Shown piece after piece: positions 29,567 to 39,026 of a stretch of 64,000 nucleotides of DNA; position 1 is the first letter of the stretch, and each line of letters begins with the position of its first letter. The DNA is from Acidobacteriota bacterium. GTDB taxonomy: Bacteria > Acidobacteriota > UBA890 > WLXD01. A model generated the notes under the pieces. It searched no databases. It was not told where the DNA came from and saw nothing but the letters and a program-made list of their open reading frames with translations. The stretch covers positions 5,600,001 to 5,664,000 of the forward strand of contig CBDFKD010000002.1 in NCBI GenBank assembly GCA_965248695.1, read 5' to 3'. A program made the position numbers and the translations under genes.

Positions 29567-31740
29567 CTAGCGTGACTCGACACCGGCCATCAGGGAAACC
29601 CCGGATAAACCCACACAGACTGGGCATTGCGGCCAGCGCTGCGATCGTCGCGGCGATAGTGCTCGGTTTTGTCTCCCACGAAACACTGATGGGTGGCACG
29701 CTGCGGCGCCAAGCGACGGTGGCCAAGGGCATCGACAGCGTCGACGGTGCCCGCATCGCCGGGGCGGACGAGGAACCGGGGAACTGGTTCACCGGCGGCC
29801 GTACCTTCTCCGAGCAACGATTCTCGCCGTTGGCCCAGATCCACGAGGATAACGTCGGCGCGCTCGGCTTCGCCTGGGAATACGACCTGCGGACCAAGGA
29901 CCCGCTCGAGGCCTCGCCGGTCGTCATTGACGGCATCCTGTACGCCAGCGGCCCCTGGGGTCGCGTCTACGCCGTGGACGCCGCCACCGGTGAGGAGCTC
30001 TGGGCCTACGATCCCCAGGCGTCCGGCAGCTGGGCCCGCAAGGCGTGTTGTGGGGTGGTCAACCGCGGCTTGGCGGCCTGGAAGGGCTCTCTGTACGTGG
30101 CTTCGCTCGACGGTCGGCTCGTCCGACTGGACGCCCGTACGGGCGAGCCGCTTTGGGAGCAGGACACGCTGATTGATCGTGACCGTGACTACACCATCAC
30201 CAGCGCCCCTCGCGTCATCCGGGATCGCGTCGTCATTGGCAACAGCGGCGCCGAGTACGGGGTGCGCGGCTACGTCACCGCTTACGACGTCGAGTCGGGC
30301 GAGCTGGCGTGGCGCTTCTATACCGTGCCGGGCCATCCCGACCTGCCCTTCGAGCATCCCGAGATGGAGATGGCGGCGGCCACCTGGGACCCCGAATCGC
30401 TCTGGGAGTTCGGTGGCGGCGGCACCGTATGGGGCGACATGGCCTACGACCCGGAGGCGAACCTGCTGTACGTGGGAACGGGCAACGCCTCACCCTACCC
30501 GGTGGCCACCAGGAGCCCAGCCGGCGGCGACAACCTGTTTCTGGCATCGATTCTGGCCATCAACCCGGACACCGGTCGGCTCGTTTGGCACTACCAGACG
30601 ACGCCCGGAGAAAACTGGGACTACACGGCAACGCAGAACCTGATCCTGGCCGACCTGGAGATCGACGGACGCCAGCGACAGGTCATCATGCAGGCGCCGA
30701 AGAACGGCTTCTTCTATGTGATCGACCGGCGCACCGGCGAGCTGCTGTCCGCGGAACCGTACGTCACCGTGAACTGGGCCAGCCACGTGGATCTCGACAC
30801 CGGTCGTCCGATACAGGTGCCGGCCGGCGACTATGCCGATGAACCGAAGACGGTCAGCCCGTCGTGGTGGGGCGGGCACAACTGGCATCCGATGGCGTTC
30901 AGTCCGACGACGGGGTTCGTTTACATTCCGACGATCGAGTGGCCGACCACCTTCGAGCGTGTGCGCGACCCCCTCGTATACAGTCCGGGCCAGCAAGTCA
31001 CGGGAGTGAGGACCCAGGGCGGGTCGTTTCCCCACGATCCGCCCGAAAAGGACCCGCCCCACGCCCTCAAGGCCTGGGACCCGGTCGCCAACCGCGAGGT
31101 CTGGCGTGTGAGCTACCGTTTCCCCTACAATGGCGGACTGCTGACCACAGCCGGCAACCTGGTGTTCCAGGGGACGGTCGACGGTCGCCTGAAGGTCTAT
31201 GCCGCCGACACCGGGGCAGAGCTGGCGGACATCGAGGTCGGAACCAGCATCATGGCGGCGCCGGTCGCGTACCTCGTTGACGACACCCAGTTCATCGCCG
31301 TGATGGCCGGCTACGGCGGTGGATCGAGCGCCCGGGCATTCCCGGAGGGCTCGGCGGCGATCGAGCGCGGCAACGCCGGTCGCATGATCGCGTTCAAGCT
31401 CGACGGCGGGCCAGTGCCGCTGCCGTCAGTGGTTGATCCTCGCCCCGAAAGCCCGCTGCCGACTCGCCCGAACGTTGCCCCTGAAACCCTCGCTGAGGGC
31501 CAGCTGCTCTACCGCCGCTATTGCGCCGACTGCCATCGAATCGATGACCAGCCGACGATAGCGCCCAACCTGTTGCGCATGGGCTCCGCCGCTCGCGCCG
31601 GGTTCAAGCGCATCGTTCTCGAGGGGCTCCTCGAGGCCAACGGCATGCCCGACTTCGGCCTCGAGCTTGGCGACGCCCAGGTCGACGCGATTCACGCGTT
31701 TCTTGTCGAGACCGCCCACGAGGTACGGGGCAACGACTGA
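29563..31740 (+). CDS. PQQ-dependent quinohemoprotein alcohol dehydrogenase (type II, C-terminal cytochrome c)
   Basis: ACCGVVNRG vicinal disulfide, GAEYGVRG, WDYTATQ, GGHNW, CADCH...GMP. Start uncertain. Confidence 0.92.
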   Translation: MTSVTRHRPSGKPRINPHRLGIAASAAIVAAIVLGFVSHETLMGGTLRRQATVAKGIDSVDGARIAGADEEPGNWFTGGRTFSEQRFSPLAQIHEDNVGALGFAWEYDLRTKDPLEASPVVIDGILYASGPWGRVYAVDAATGEELWAYDPQASGSWARKACCGVVNRGLAAWKGSLYVASLDGRLVRLDARTGEPLWEQDTLIDRDRDYTITSAPRVIRDRVVIGNSGAEYGVRGYVTAYDVESGELAWRFYTVPGHPDLPFEHPEMEMAAATWDPESLWEFGGGGTVWGDMAYDPEANLLYVGTGNASPYPVATRSPAGGDNLFLASILAINPDTGRLVWHYQTTPGENWDYTATQNLILADLEIDGRQRQVIMQAPKNGFFYVIDRRTGELLSAEPYVTVNWASHVDLDTGRPIQVPAGDYADEPKTVSPSWWGGHNWHPMAFSPTTGFVYIPTIEWPTTFERVRDPLVYSPGQQVTGVRTQGGSFPHDPPEKDPPHALKAWDPVANREVWRVSYRFPYNGGLLTTAGNLVFQGTVDGRLKVYAADTGAELADIEVGTSIMAAPVAYLVDDTQFIAVMAGYGGGSSARAFPEGSAAIERGNAGRMIAFKLDGGPVPLPSVVDPRPESPLPTRPNVAPETLAEGQLLYRRYCADCHRIDDQPTIAPNLLRMGSAARAGFKRIVLEGLLEANGMPDFGLELGDAQVDAIHAFLVETAHEVRGND

Positions 31741-31791
31741 GACTCCGACCGTCGCTCACTCAGCTGACGGAACGTAGCCAATGGCCTGTCG

Positions 31792-34227
31792 TCAGCGTTG
31801 TGTCCCGTCTTGGAGCTGCATCCCAAGACGCGCGTGCTGGTTGGAGAGCTCATTTCTGCCGAGTCGATTGTAGAGATCCGCCAGCAAGAGATGCCCTAGC
31901 ACCCGGTCCTGCCTGGTGATCGCTTGCGGCACCCCGCTCGCCGTCGCCGACTCGAGTCGCTGCAGCGCCCCCTCGACCAGCGGCACGGCCGCGTCGAGGC
32001 GCTCGTTCTTCACCAGATAGATACGGGCGAGGAAAAGGCGCCCGCTGACCGACTGCGGGTCGATCTCGAGAGTCAGACGCAGGTAGCGCTCCTCCTCGAC
32101 GAGATCGCCGCGGCCGCGAAAGATGACGCTGAGGTTGAAGGCGGCCATGCCGTTGCGCGGCGAGATCTCGAGCTCGCGGCGGTAGGCGGCGATCGCCTCA
32201 TCGGGCTGTTGCCGGTTCTGGAACAGCAAGGCACGCTGGAAGTGCAGATCGGCGATGCTGTCGTTGAAGCTGCGCGCCAGGTTCAGGTGTTCCTCCGCCA
32301 GGCTCAGGCGGTTGGTGGCCAGGTGCACGGCGCCGAGTCCGACGTGCGCGGCGGCCAGGATGTTGTTCGCCGGAGCATCCTCGTTGAGGCGCAACGCCTC
32401 GTTGAAATAGGTCGCCGCCTCGGTGTAGGCGCGCTTGGTCTGCTTGATGCGCCCGAGGCTGATGTACAGCCGGGAATCCTGGACCGCCCGGCGCCCCCCC
32501 GGCTCCAGGACGCCGGTGAAGTCCAGCAATACCTTCTCGGCCTCGTCCAACCGACCGGCCTTCCTTTGCGTGCTGGTGAGAAAGAGCACCAGGGCCGCAT
32601 CCTCGGGCCGCATGGAAAGGGCGGTCTTGAAGGCTTCGATCGCCTCGTCGTGGCGGAGTTGCTCGACAAGCAGGTTGCCGAGCGACTGGTGTGCATCGAC
32701 GACTCCGGCATCCGCAGCGATGACTCCCCGCAGGAGCAGCTCGGCCTCGGCCATCTCCCCATTGACGGTCAGGCGGCGGGCCCGCAGCAGGTCGTTGTAG
32801 ATCTCGATCTTGTCCCTCGGGTTGGCGCGGTCGACGTCCTGGTCGCCCGCATCGGCGCTGGCGTTGCCGATGTATCCGAGTGCGGCGAGGCGCTGGAGAG
32901 TCTCCTGGTCGAGCGTGACTGTGTCCGCCGGGTTGGCGTTCTCCTCGAGCTGCTCCACCAGTTCCTCGGCCTCCCGGCGCAGCGCCTCCGCCGTGGCGGC
33001 GCGCTCTGGTGCGAGATCCTGCTGCTCCTCGGGGTCCTGCAGAAGATCGTAGAGCTCCGGCTCGGGCGAGATGATGAGCTTGTGGGTGGGCTCGAGGATC
33101 GCCTGGAGCTCGCTCCAGCCGAAATGGAGGCGCGGGTAGAAGGTCTCGGCGTATATGCGCCTATCAGGCCAATCCTCGACTTCGGCCGCCTCGGCAAACA
33201 GAGGAACCAGGCTGTCGCCGTGCACGTCCTCGGGGGTCTCCAGCCCGGTCAACTCCAGCACGGTCGGCATGACGTCGATCAGCGAGACGAGCTCGTGGCG
33301 CTGGATTCCCTGCGGCTCGTCAAACGGCGTTGCGATGATCAGCGGTACCCGGATCGCGGATTCGTACAGCAGCAACCCGTGCTCGCTCTCTCCGTGCTCG
33401 CCGAGGCTCTCCCCGTGATCGGCTGTCACCACGACGTAGGTGTCGTCAGACCGGCCGGAATCGTCCAGCCACGACATCAGCCGGCCCACCAAGGAGTCGG
33501 TCCAGGCGATCTCACCAACGTAGGGCCGGTCAGCGTATCGTGACTTGAAGGGCTCAGGCGGCTCGTACGGCGTATGCGGGTCGTACAGGTGCACCCACAT
33601 GAAGAAGGGGGTCGTGTCGTCCTCGCGCACCCACGCCAGAGCGGTGTCGATGACCTCCGATCCGGAACGCTGCACGCGGCTCAGAAAGATCGCTTGCTGC
33701 TTGGGCATCTCGAAGTCGTCGAAGTAGCGGTCGAACCCCTGGGCCAGGCCCCAGCGCGAGTCGAGGACGAAGGCTCCGACGAAGGCGCCGGTGCGGTAAC
33801 CGGCCGCCTGGAAGCTCTCGGCCATGGTCTGCAGCCCTTCCGGTGCGATGTGCACGCCGTTGTCGCGCACCCCGTGGTAGGGAGGGTGGGTACCGGTGAG
33901 CAGCGACGTGTGCGACGGCAGCGTCAGCGGCGTCGAGGCGTAGGCGCGCATGAAGGTGACGCCGCGGCCGGCAAGGGCGTCGATCACCGGTGTTTCGATC
34001 TCGTCGAAGCCGTACACGCCGATACGATCGGCGCGCGTCGTGTCGAGCGTCACCAGCAGGACGTTGAGCTTGCGGTCGCCGCGGAGCTCGTCGAGGTCCG
34101 CCCCCGGGGACGCTCCCGAGCCACAGCCGATCGTCAGCAGGACGATCGCGGACACGGACGCGACAGCGGTGAGCGCTGCGATCGCACCAGGCCGCGGCAT
34201 ACGCCGACCGCGGTCGAAGCTCGGCAT
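31792..34227 (-). CDS. Sulfatase-like hydrolase/transferase with C-terminal TPRs, lipoprotein
   Basis: LDTTRAD, TLPSHTSLLTG, HLYDPH, ADHGE; TPR repeats; lipobox TIGC; RBS GGAGG before ATG 34227. Confidence 0.88.
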   Translation of the reverse strand: MPSFDRGRRMPRPGAIAALTAVASVSAIVLLTIGCGSGASPGADLDELRGDRKLNVLLVTLDTTRADRIGVYGFDEIETPVIDALAGRGVTFMRAYASTPLTLPSHTSLLTGTHPPYHGVRDNGVHIAPEGLQTMAESFQAAGYRTGAFVGAFVLDSRWGLAQGFDRYFDDFEMPKQQAIFLSRVQRSGSEVIDTALAWVREDDTTPFFMWVHLYDPHTPYEPPEPFKSRYADRPYVGEIAWTDSLVGRLMSWLDDSGRSDDTYVVVTADHGESLGEHGESEHGLLLYESAIRVPLIIATPFDEPQGIQRHELVSLIDVMPTVLELTGLETPEDVHGDSLVPLFAEAAEVEDWPDRRIYAETFYPRLHFGWSELQAILEPTHKLIISPEPELYDLLQDPEEQQDLAPERAATAEALRREAEELVEQLEENANPADTVTLDQETLQRLAALGYIGNASADAGDQDVDRANPRDKIEIYNDLLRARRLTVNGEMAEAELLLRGVIAADAGVVDAHQSLGNLLVEQLRHDEAIEAFKTALSMRPEDAALVLFLTSTQRKAGRLDEAEKVLLDFTGVLEPGGRRAVQDSRLYISLGRIKQTKRAYTEAATYFNEALRLNEDAPANNILAAAHVGLGAVHLATNRLSLAEEHLNLARSFNDSIADLHFQRALLFQNRQQPDEAIAAYRRELEISPRNGMAAFNLSVIFRGRGDLVEEERYLRLTLEIDPQSVSGRLFLARIYLVKNERLDAAVPLVEGALQRLESATASGVPQAITRQDRVLGHLLLADLYNRLGRNELSNQHARLGMQLQDGTQR

Positions 34228-34361
34228 CCTACTCGCCTCCATCATCAGGGATCGCAGACCGCAGCCCTTTGGGGATCCTCCCAGATATTAGCGCGGATTC
34301 CCCAGATGGATCATTGATCCCGGTAGGCACCTGATGGAGTTTGCCCAGCAGACTACGGGGC

Positions 34362-34430
34362 AATCCAGGCATACCGATACTGACCAAGCCACGAACGTGA
34401 CTCGACAAGGCTCATCGACGGTATCCCGCG
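34362..34430 (+). repeat. Conserved upstream element, copy C (no downstream gene on this strand)
   Basis: AATCCAGGCATACCGATACTGACCAAGCCACGAACGTGACTCGACAAGG...GGTATCCCGCG. Confidence 0.7.
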
Positions 34431-34453
34431 TGACGCCTCGGTTTTGACGGTAT

Positions 34454-34500
34454 GAGGCCGCGTGGCCGGGCGTGAAACGCCCGGCCACGGCAAAGGCCTC
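34454..34500. terminator. Long hairpin downstream of the TonB receptor gene
   Basis: Perfect 13-bp stem CGTGGCCGGGCGT-GAA-ACGCCCGGCCACG, extended by GAGGCC/GGCCTC. Confidence 0.65.
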
Positions 34501-34570
34501 GAGGTTCAGGGATCGCGAGTTTGGCGCCGATTTCGAGTTAACTTGACGGTGCCGTTCGCGTCCATTCCGA

Positions 34571-37459
34571 TCAGAAGGAGACTCGTGCCCCGAGCCGAAA
34601 CTGCCGCCCGGGCTGCAATGAGGTTGATGACCGGGGCGACCCGACCGAGGAGCCTCCGTCGACGCGGAACGTTCGGTTGATTCGCTCGCTGACGCCGGTC
34701 GGGGAGAAGTCGTTGAGCAAGTTGAATCCGTCGACCATCAGCTCCAACCGGCCTTGCGCCCCCATATTGAAGGATTTCGACAACCGCAGATCGAGCTGGT
34801 TGAGCGAGTCCCACGTCCTGCTGCCGATCTTCTCGATGTGTGTGCTGCCGTAGGGCATGTTGCGCAAAATGCGAAGTCCCCCCGCTCGGCTGTTGTGATC
34901 TACCTGGAGGTTCCACGGCCGACCCGACGACAGGTTGTAGTACATACCCGCAAGGATGCCTCCGGGCAGCCTGATGTTGCCCAGGACCTTCCAGCTCCAT
35001 TTCCTGCTGAAGCGCAACGGACCATCCATGGCGAACGGGTTGCCGTTGAAGTTCGGGTGGTTTGCCGCGTCGGGGCCCCACCCCCAGAGGCTCTCGCCGT
35101 CGCCATTCTCCAGCGTTCCCCTGTTGTTCTGGTAGGTGAGGGAGGTGCTGATGTTGAGACCGGAACCCGTTCGCCTTCGGTCCAGCGTCAGCGTCACGAT
35201 ATCGTGCGTCCGCTTGTAGTAGTCGAGGTTGCCGAGAATGGGTTCGCGAAGGCCATCTTCTTTGGAGTAGAGCGTCTGCGACGTCCCGGGCACCACGGTT
35301 CCGTCCCACAGCGTCGCGTCGGGGCTGGTGTAGTCGAAGGCTGTGTAGACGTGCGTGAGCTGGTCGATCGCCCTGATAAAGTTGCTGTCGTCTTTGTGGA
35401 TGTAGTCGACCCCCACGACCCAGTCGTCGACGAACTCGTACTCGAATCCGACGTTGAAGATATCCGTGTGCATCCCCTGCACGCCGTCGGCGAGCGGAAT
35501 TGTGGCGGCGTCGAGCGAAATCAGGTTTTCGGGTTGGAAAACAAGCTCTTGCAGCAGGAACAGTTCCGCGTCCGTCGGGTTGTTCGGGTCAGCCAACAAA
35601 CCGTCAGGTATATCGAAGTAGTACGACGCGTAGGGTTGATATGGGTCCTGGTACGCGGTGCCGCTGGCTGTAGAGACGTGTGAGATGACGCTCTTTTCGA
35701 AGTAACGCCCCCAGCTGCCATGCAGAACGGCACGGCCATCGCCGCCCAGGTCCCAGGTCCCACCAAGGCGTGGCGCCAGGTAGTTGAGCTGGTGCGCCAC
35801 GGGGGCGCCGGTCGGCTTGCCGTCGAGTCTCTCGTGCCAGTTGGTCCTCTCAAAGCGCAGCCCGAGGTTGAGGGTGACGTTGTCGGTAACGGTAACGTCA
35901 TCCTGAAGAAAGGCTGAGGAGGTTACGGTTTGGCCCTCGAGGCCAATGTCGTAGATAGACCCGTATGTGTACGAGTAGCCATAGTAGTTGTAGGTAAACA
36001 GACCCCCGAGGCCGGTATAACCAGCAATCCAGCTGGACCAACTGTCCTTGTACTGGAGACCGATCTTGGCGTCATGCGCGACGCCCAGGAAGTTGTCGAC
36101 GTATTGGGTCACCGTTCCCGAGATCTCTTTGCGGGCGTTGTCCTCGTCCTCCAGGAAGCCCCGGGTGATCCTCCTCGAGTTGTTAAACCAGTAATCGGGT
36201 AGATCGCAGCACACGATCGGGAGGCGCAAGAAGTCCGCCCTATTCGATGCGAAGCGGAGATCGGTGAAGGTGTTGTCGCCCAGCTGGGATTGCCAGGACA
36301 ACAACAGGGTCAGGCTGTTGTAATCGGTATCCATGGCGACGTCGAGCGGCGAACCTGTTCGCAGGTCGCGGTTCGTCTCGTGGCCCGGATCGTAGTTGAC
36401 CATGAACCCGAACGTGTTTTTGTCGTTGAGCAGGTAATCCACCCTGCCGTGCCCTGTCCACCGATCGTTACCCTGCTGGGCATCATCGACGGCGATTCCG
36501 CCGTCAAGCCAGATCTGATCGGCGACAACCGAATCGAGCGTCTCATTACGGCCGATGCTGCCGAAGAACAGCAGCTTGTTGCGCACAATCGGGCCACCGA
36601 TAGTGGCGGTCCATTCGCGGTCGTAGGAGTACTTGCCGCGCTCGAGATCGACGATGCCGCGCGAGTTGTCGGATCTCAGAGAGCCGTTCTCCCAGTAGAA
36701 AGAGCCGCTGCCGTGAAACTCGTTGGTGCCCCCCTTGGTCACCAGGTTGATCATCGCGCCAGTGAACTCGCTGTGCTCGGCGCTGGCGCCGACACCGACA
36801 ATCTGGATCTCGGCGATCGTATCGACGTTCGGGTTGACCCAGGTGGTACCCCATTCGTTCTCGGTGATATCAACGCCGTTGAGCCGGTAGCCGTTGGTTG
36901 CCGAACCCACCCGATGCGCGCTGGTACCCTCGGCGTGGTTGCCGCCGGCGCCATAGGCTCCCTTGTCGGCGAAGCCAGGGGCGAAGTTCGTCATGTCGGT
37001 GAACTCACGCACCACCGGAACGTTTTCCAGCATATCCGCGCCGTATGACGTCGTAAGCGATGACGACTCGATGTCGATCAACGGCGTCTCGGAGATCACG
37101 GTTACCGTCTCTGAAACCCCTGCCAGCTCCAGCTGCGCAAGCACGGTCGTGGTTGTGCCGACGTTCACCGGGACGTTGTAGGCCATCGTCTGGAAGCCGG
37201 TGAGTGAGACCGTTACGAGGTACGTTCCCGGCCTGAGATTACGGAACCGGAACTCACCCGCGACGTCGCTCGTCGCCGAGACAGATTCCTGGATGAGGTT
37301 TTGTCCCTCGATGGTGGCAGTGGCGCCGGGCAGCCCCGCGCCATCCGCGTCCACAACCTCTCCGACGACAATGCCGGTCAGCTGCTCCCCCTGCGCCATG
37401 ACCTGGGAGGGGAGTATCAGCAGCATAGCAACCGTCATGATGGCGAGCTTGGAGCGCAT
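34571..37459 (-). CDS. TonB-dependent receptor (Oar-like)
   Basis: Signal peptide, carboxypeptidase-regulatory-like N-domain, TKGGTNEFHG, LNLGLRFE, C-terminal GARVSF. Confidence 0.92.
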   Translation of the reverse strand: MRSKLAIMTVAMLLILPSQVMAQGEQLTGIVVGEVVDADGAGLPGATATIEGQNLIQESVSATSDVAGEFRFRNLRPGTYLVTVSLTGFQTMAYNVPVNVGTTTTVLAQLELAGVSETVTVISETPLIDIESSSLTTSYGADMLENVPVVREFTDMTNFAPGFADKGAYGAGGNHAEGTSAHRVGSATNGYRLNGVDITENEWGTTWVNPNVDTIAEIQIVGVGASAEHSEFTGAMINLVTKGGTNEFHGSGSFYWENGSLRSDNSRGIVDLERGKYSYDREWTATIGGPIVRNKLLFFGSIGRNETLDSVVADQIWLDGGIAVDDAQQGNDRWTGHGRVDYLLNDKNTFGFMVNYDPGHETNRDLRTGSPLDVAMDTDYNSLTLLLSWQSQLGDNTFTDLRFASNRADFLRLPIVCCDLPDYWFNNSRRITRGFLEDEDNARKEISGTVTQYVDNFLGVAHDAKIGLQYKDSWSSWIAGYTGLGGLFTYNYYGYSYTYGSIYDIGLEGQTVTSSAFLQDDVTVTDNVTLNLGLRFERTNWHERLDGKPTGAPVAHQLNYLAPRLGGTWDLGGDGRAVLHGSWGRYFEKSVISHVSTASGTAYQDPYQPYASYYFDIPDGLLADPNNPTDAELFLLQELVFQPENLISLDAATIPLADGVQGMHTDIFNVGFEYEFVDDWVVGVDYIHKDDSNFIRAIDQLTHVYTAFDYTSPDATLWDGTVVPGTSQTLYSKEDGLREPILGNLDYYKRTHDIVTLTLDRRRTGSGLNISTSLTYQNNRGTLENGDGESLWGWGPDAANHPNFNGNPFAMDGPLRFSRKWSWKVLGNIRLPGGILAGMYYNLSSGRPWNLQVDHNSRAGGLRILRNMPYGSTHIEKIGSRTWDSLNQLDLRLSKSFNMGAQGRLELMVDGFNLLNDFSPTGVSERINRTFRVDGGSSVGSPRSSTSLQPGRQFRLGARVSF

Positions 37460-37534
37460 TGCACCTCCTCTTGGGCAACGCCATCGCCATTGGCGAGCGT
37501 CGCCCGACCGGAAACTAGTTGATCTTGATAGTTC

Positions 37535-37564
37535 GTACTAGCATCGTACCGACGCCAATGTCAA
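37535..37564 (-). promoter_or_regulatory. Candidate sigma70-type promoter for the TonB receptor
   Basis: TTGACA-N15-TGC-TAGTAC; an AACTAGTT palindrome lies just downstream (37513-37520). Confidence 0.4.
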
Positions 37565-37734
37565 TGGACTCGGACGATCTCTCGTGCGATCACTCACGTC
37601 CTGGCGACCCGGAATTGGATGGGCAAGCGAGACCGCAAGAGACGAGAAGAAGCTGCCTACCGAGCGATTCTTCTGAAGCAGGTATGCTGGAAGCGGCGTC
37701 CGCTTGGAGGCGCAAACGGCGGACAATTGTGGCT

Positions 37735-39012
37735 ATGAAGAGCCTCTTGGCGACGCTCAGTTTGGCGCTGACGTGCATCGTCTTCGTGATCATTGAAGTG
37801 AGCGCCCAGACGATCGAAGCGCAGAGCCCGACGCAGTTAGAAACGGCCGAGCGCGCCGGGCTCGCCGCGTTGGAGAGCGGCGACCTCGAGGCAGCCGTCG
37901 AGGCCATCGGCTCGCTCGAGCAGGCCATCAGCGCGGGCCTCGGTGGCGCGGACACCTTGGTTCTGCTCGGCCGTCTACTCGCGCACTACTCCGACGACCT
38001 GTTCGGCGCCCTTCGTGCCGCTGAAGCGTTCGAGCGTGCCTTCGTCATCCGTCACGACGACGCCGAGCTATGCCGTGATCTGGCGGCCTCCTATCGCCGC
38101 ATCGGTCTCGGCCGCCAGGGCCTCGAGGCGATCGAGGCCTGCGAAGCCCCGGCACGCGGCCCGGGCCTCTGGCTCGAGCGCGGGCGTATTCTCGACAGGA
38201 TGGGCCGCTATCACGAGGCCCGTGAGGCGATGCATCAGGCAGCAGCGGCGGGGGCCGGGGCGTCGGCCGACTACGAGCTCGGCCTCATGGCGATCACCAA
38301 CCGCGACGTCGAGACGGCGATGGCTGCGTTGCAGCGCGCCGTAGCTCGCGAGCCCGGCATGGCGCCGGCCCATCTGCGCCTCGGAAGCCTACTGATCCAG
38401 GCGGGCGAGATCGACACCGCCATCACCAGCCTACGGCGCGCCATCGAGGCGTCGCCCAGGATGGCCGAAGCGCACCATCTGCTCGGTCGCGCCCTCGCGG
38501 ACGCGGGTGAGCCCGAGGCGGCATTGGCGGCTCTGGACGACGCGCTGACGGTCGATGCGGAGCTGCTCCCTGCCGCACAAGGGCGCATCGAGACATTGCA
38601 AGCCCTTGGCAGGGAAGAAGAAGCTCGGGTGGCCATGGATGAGCTCGCAGCGATGCAACAGGTGAGTCGCGAGGCCGAGTCCGGCGACTTTCTCAACATC
38701 GCAGCGGCCACACACAACATCCACGGCCTCTACTACTATCGACGGGGTGATCTGGCAGCCGCCGTCGAGCGCTTCCAGCTGGCATTGGCCATCTTCCCGG
38801 ACAACGCACTGCTGCACGAGAACCTCGCCAGAGCCTATGCAGCAGGCGGCGATCACGAACTCGCTGTCGATGCGCTGAATCGGGCGATCGAGGCGGATCC
38901 GCGTCGGCCAGACGCTTACGTGCTGCTCACCGGCCAGTACCGGGCCCTCGGGCGCCACGACGAAGCGAGCCACGTTGAGGCCCGATACCGGGCGCTTCTC
39001 GAGCAGCGCTGA
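37735..39012 (+). CDS. Secreted tetratricopeptide repeat protein
   Basis: Signal peptide MKSLLATLSLALTC...SAQ; multiple TPRs. Start moved from the ORF track. Confidence 0.85.
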   Translation: MKSLLATLSLALTCIVFVIIEVSAQTIEAQSPTQLETAERAGLAALESGDLEAAVEAIGSLEQAISAGLGGADTLVLLGRLLAHYSDDLFGALRAAEAFERAFVIRHDDAELCRDLAASYRRIGLGRQGLEAIEACEAPARGPGLWLERGRILDRMGRYHEAREAMHQAAAAGAGASADYELGLMAITNRDVETAMAALQRAVAREPGMAPAHLRLGSLLIQAGEIDTAITSLRRAIEASPRMAEAHHLLGRALADAGEPEAALAALDDALTVDAELLPAAQGRIETLQALGREEEARVAMDELAAMQQVSREAESGDFLNIAAATHNIHGLYYYRRGDLAAAVERFQLALAIFPDNALLHENLARAYAAGGDHELAVDALNRAIEADPRRPDAYVLLTGQYRALGRHDEASHVEARYRALLEQR

Positions 39013-39026
39013 GCAGGGGGCGAGCC

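Noticed and set aside
29563-31740. Lanthanide-dependent XoxF/PedH-type dehydrogenase
   Set aside because: WDYTAT lacks the extra Asp (WDYD); fits the Ca-dependent type II quinohemoprotein.
31924-33543. 539-aa plus-strand ORF and similar long antisense ORFs (5786..6778, 43072..44469, 45066..46061, 60940..62211)
   Set aside because: Opposite well-supported genes; expected from high-GC codon bias; no recognisable motifs.
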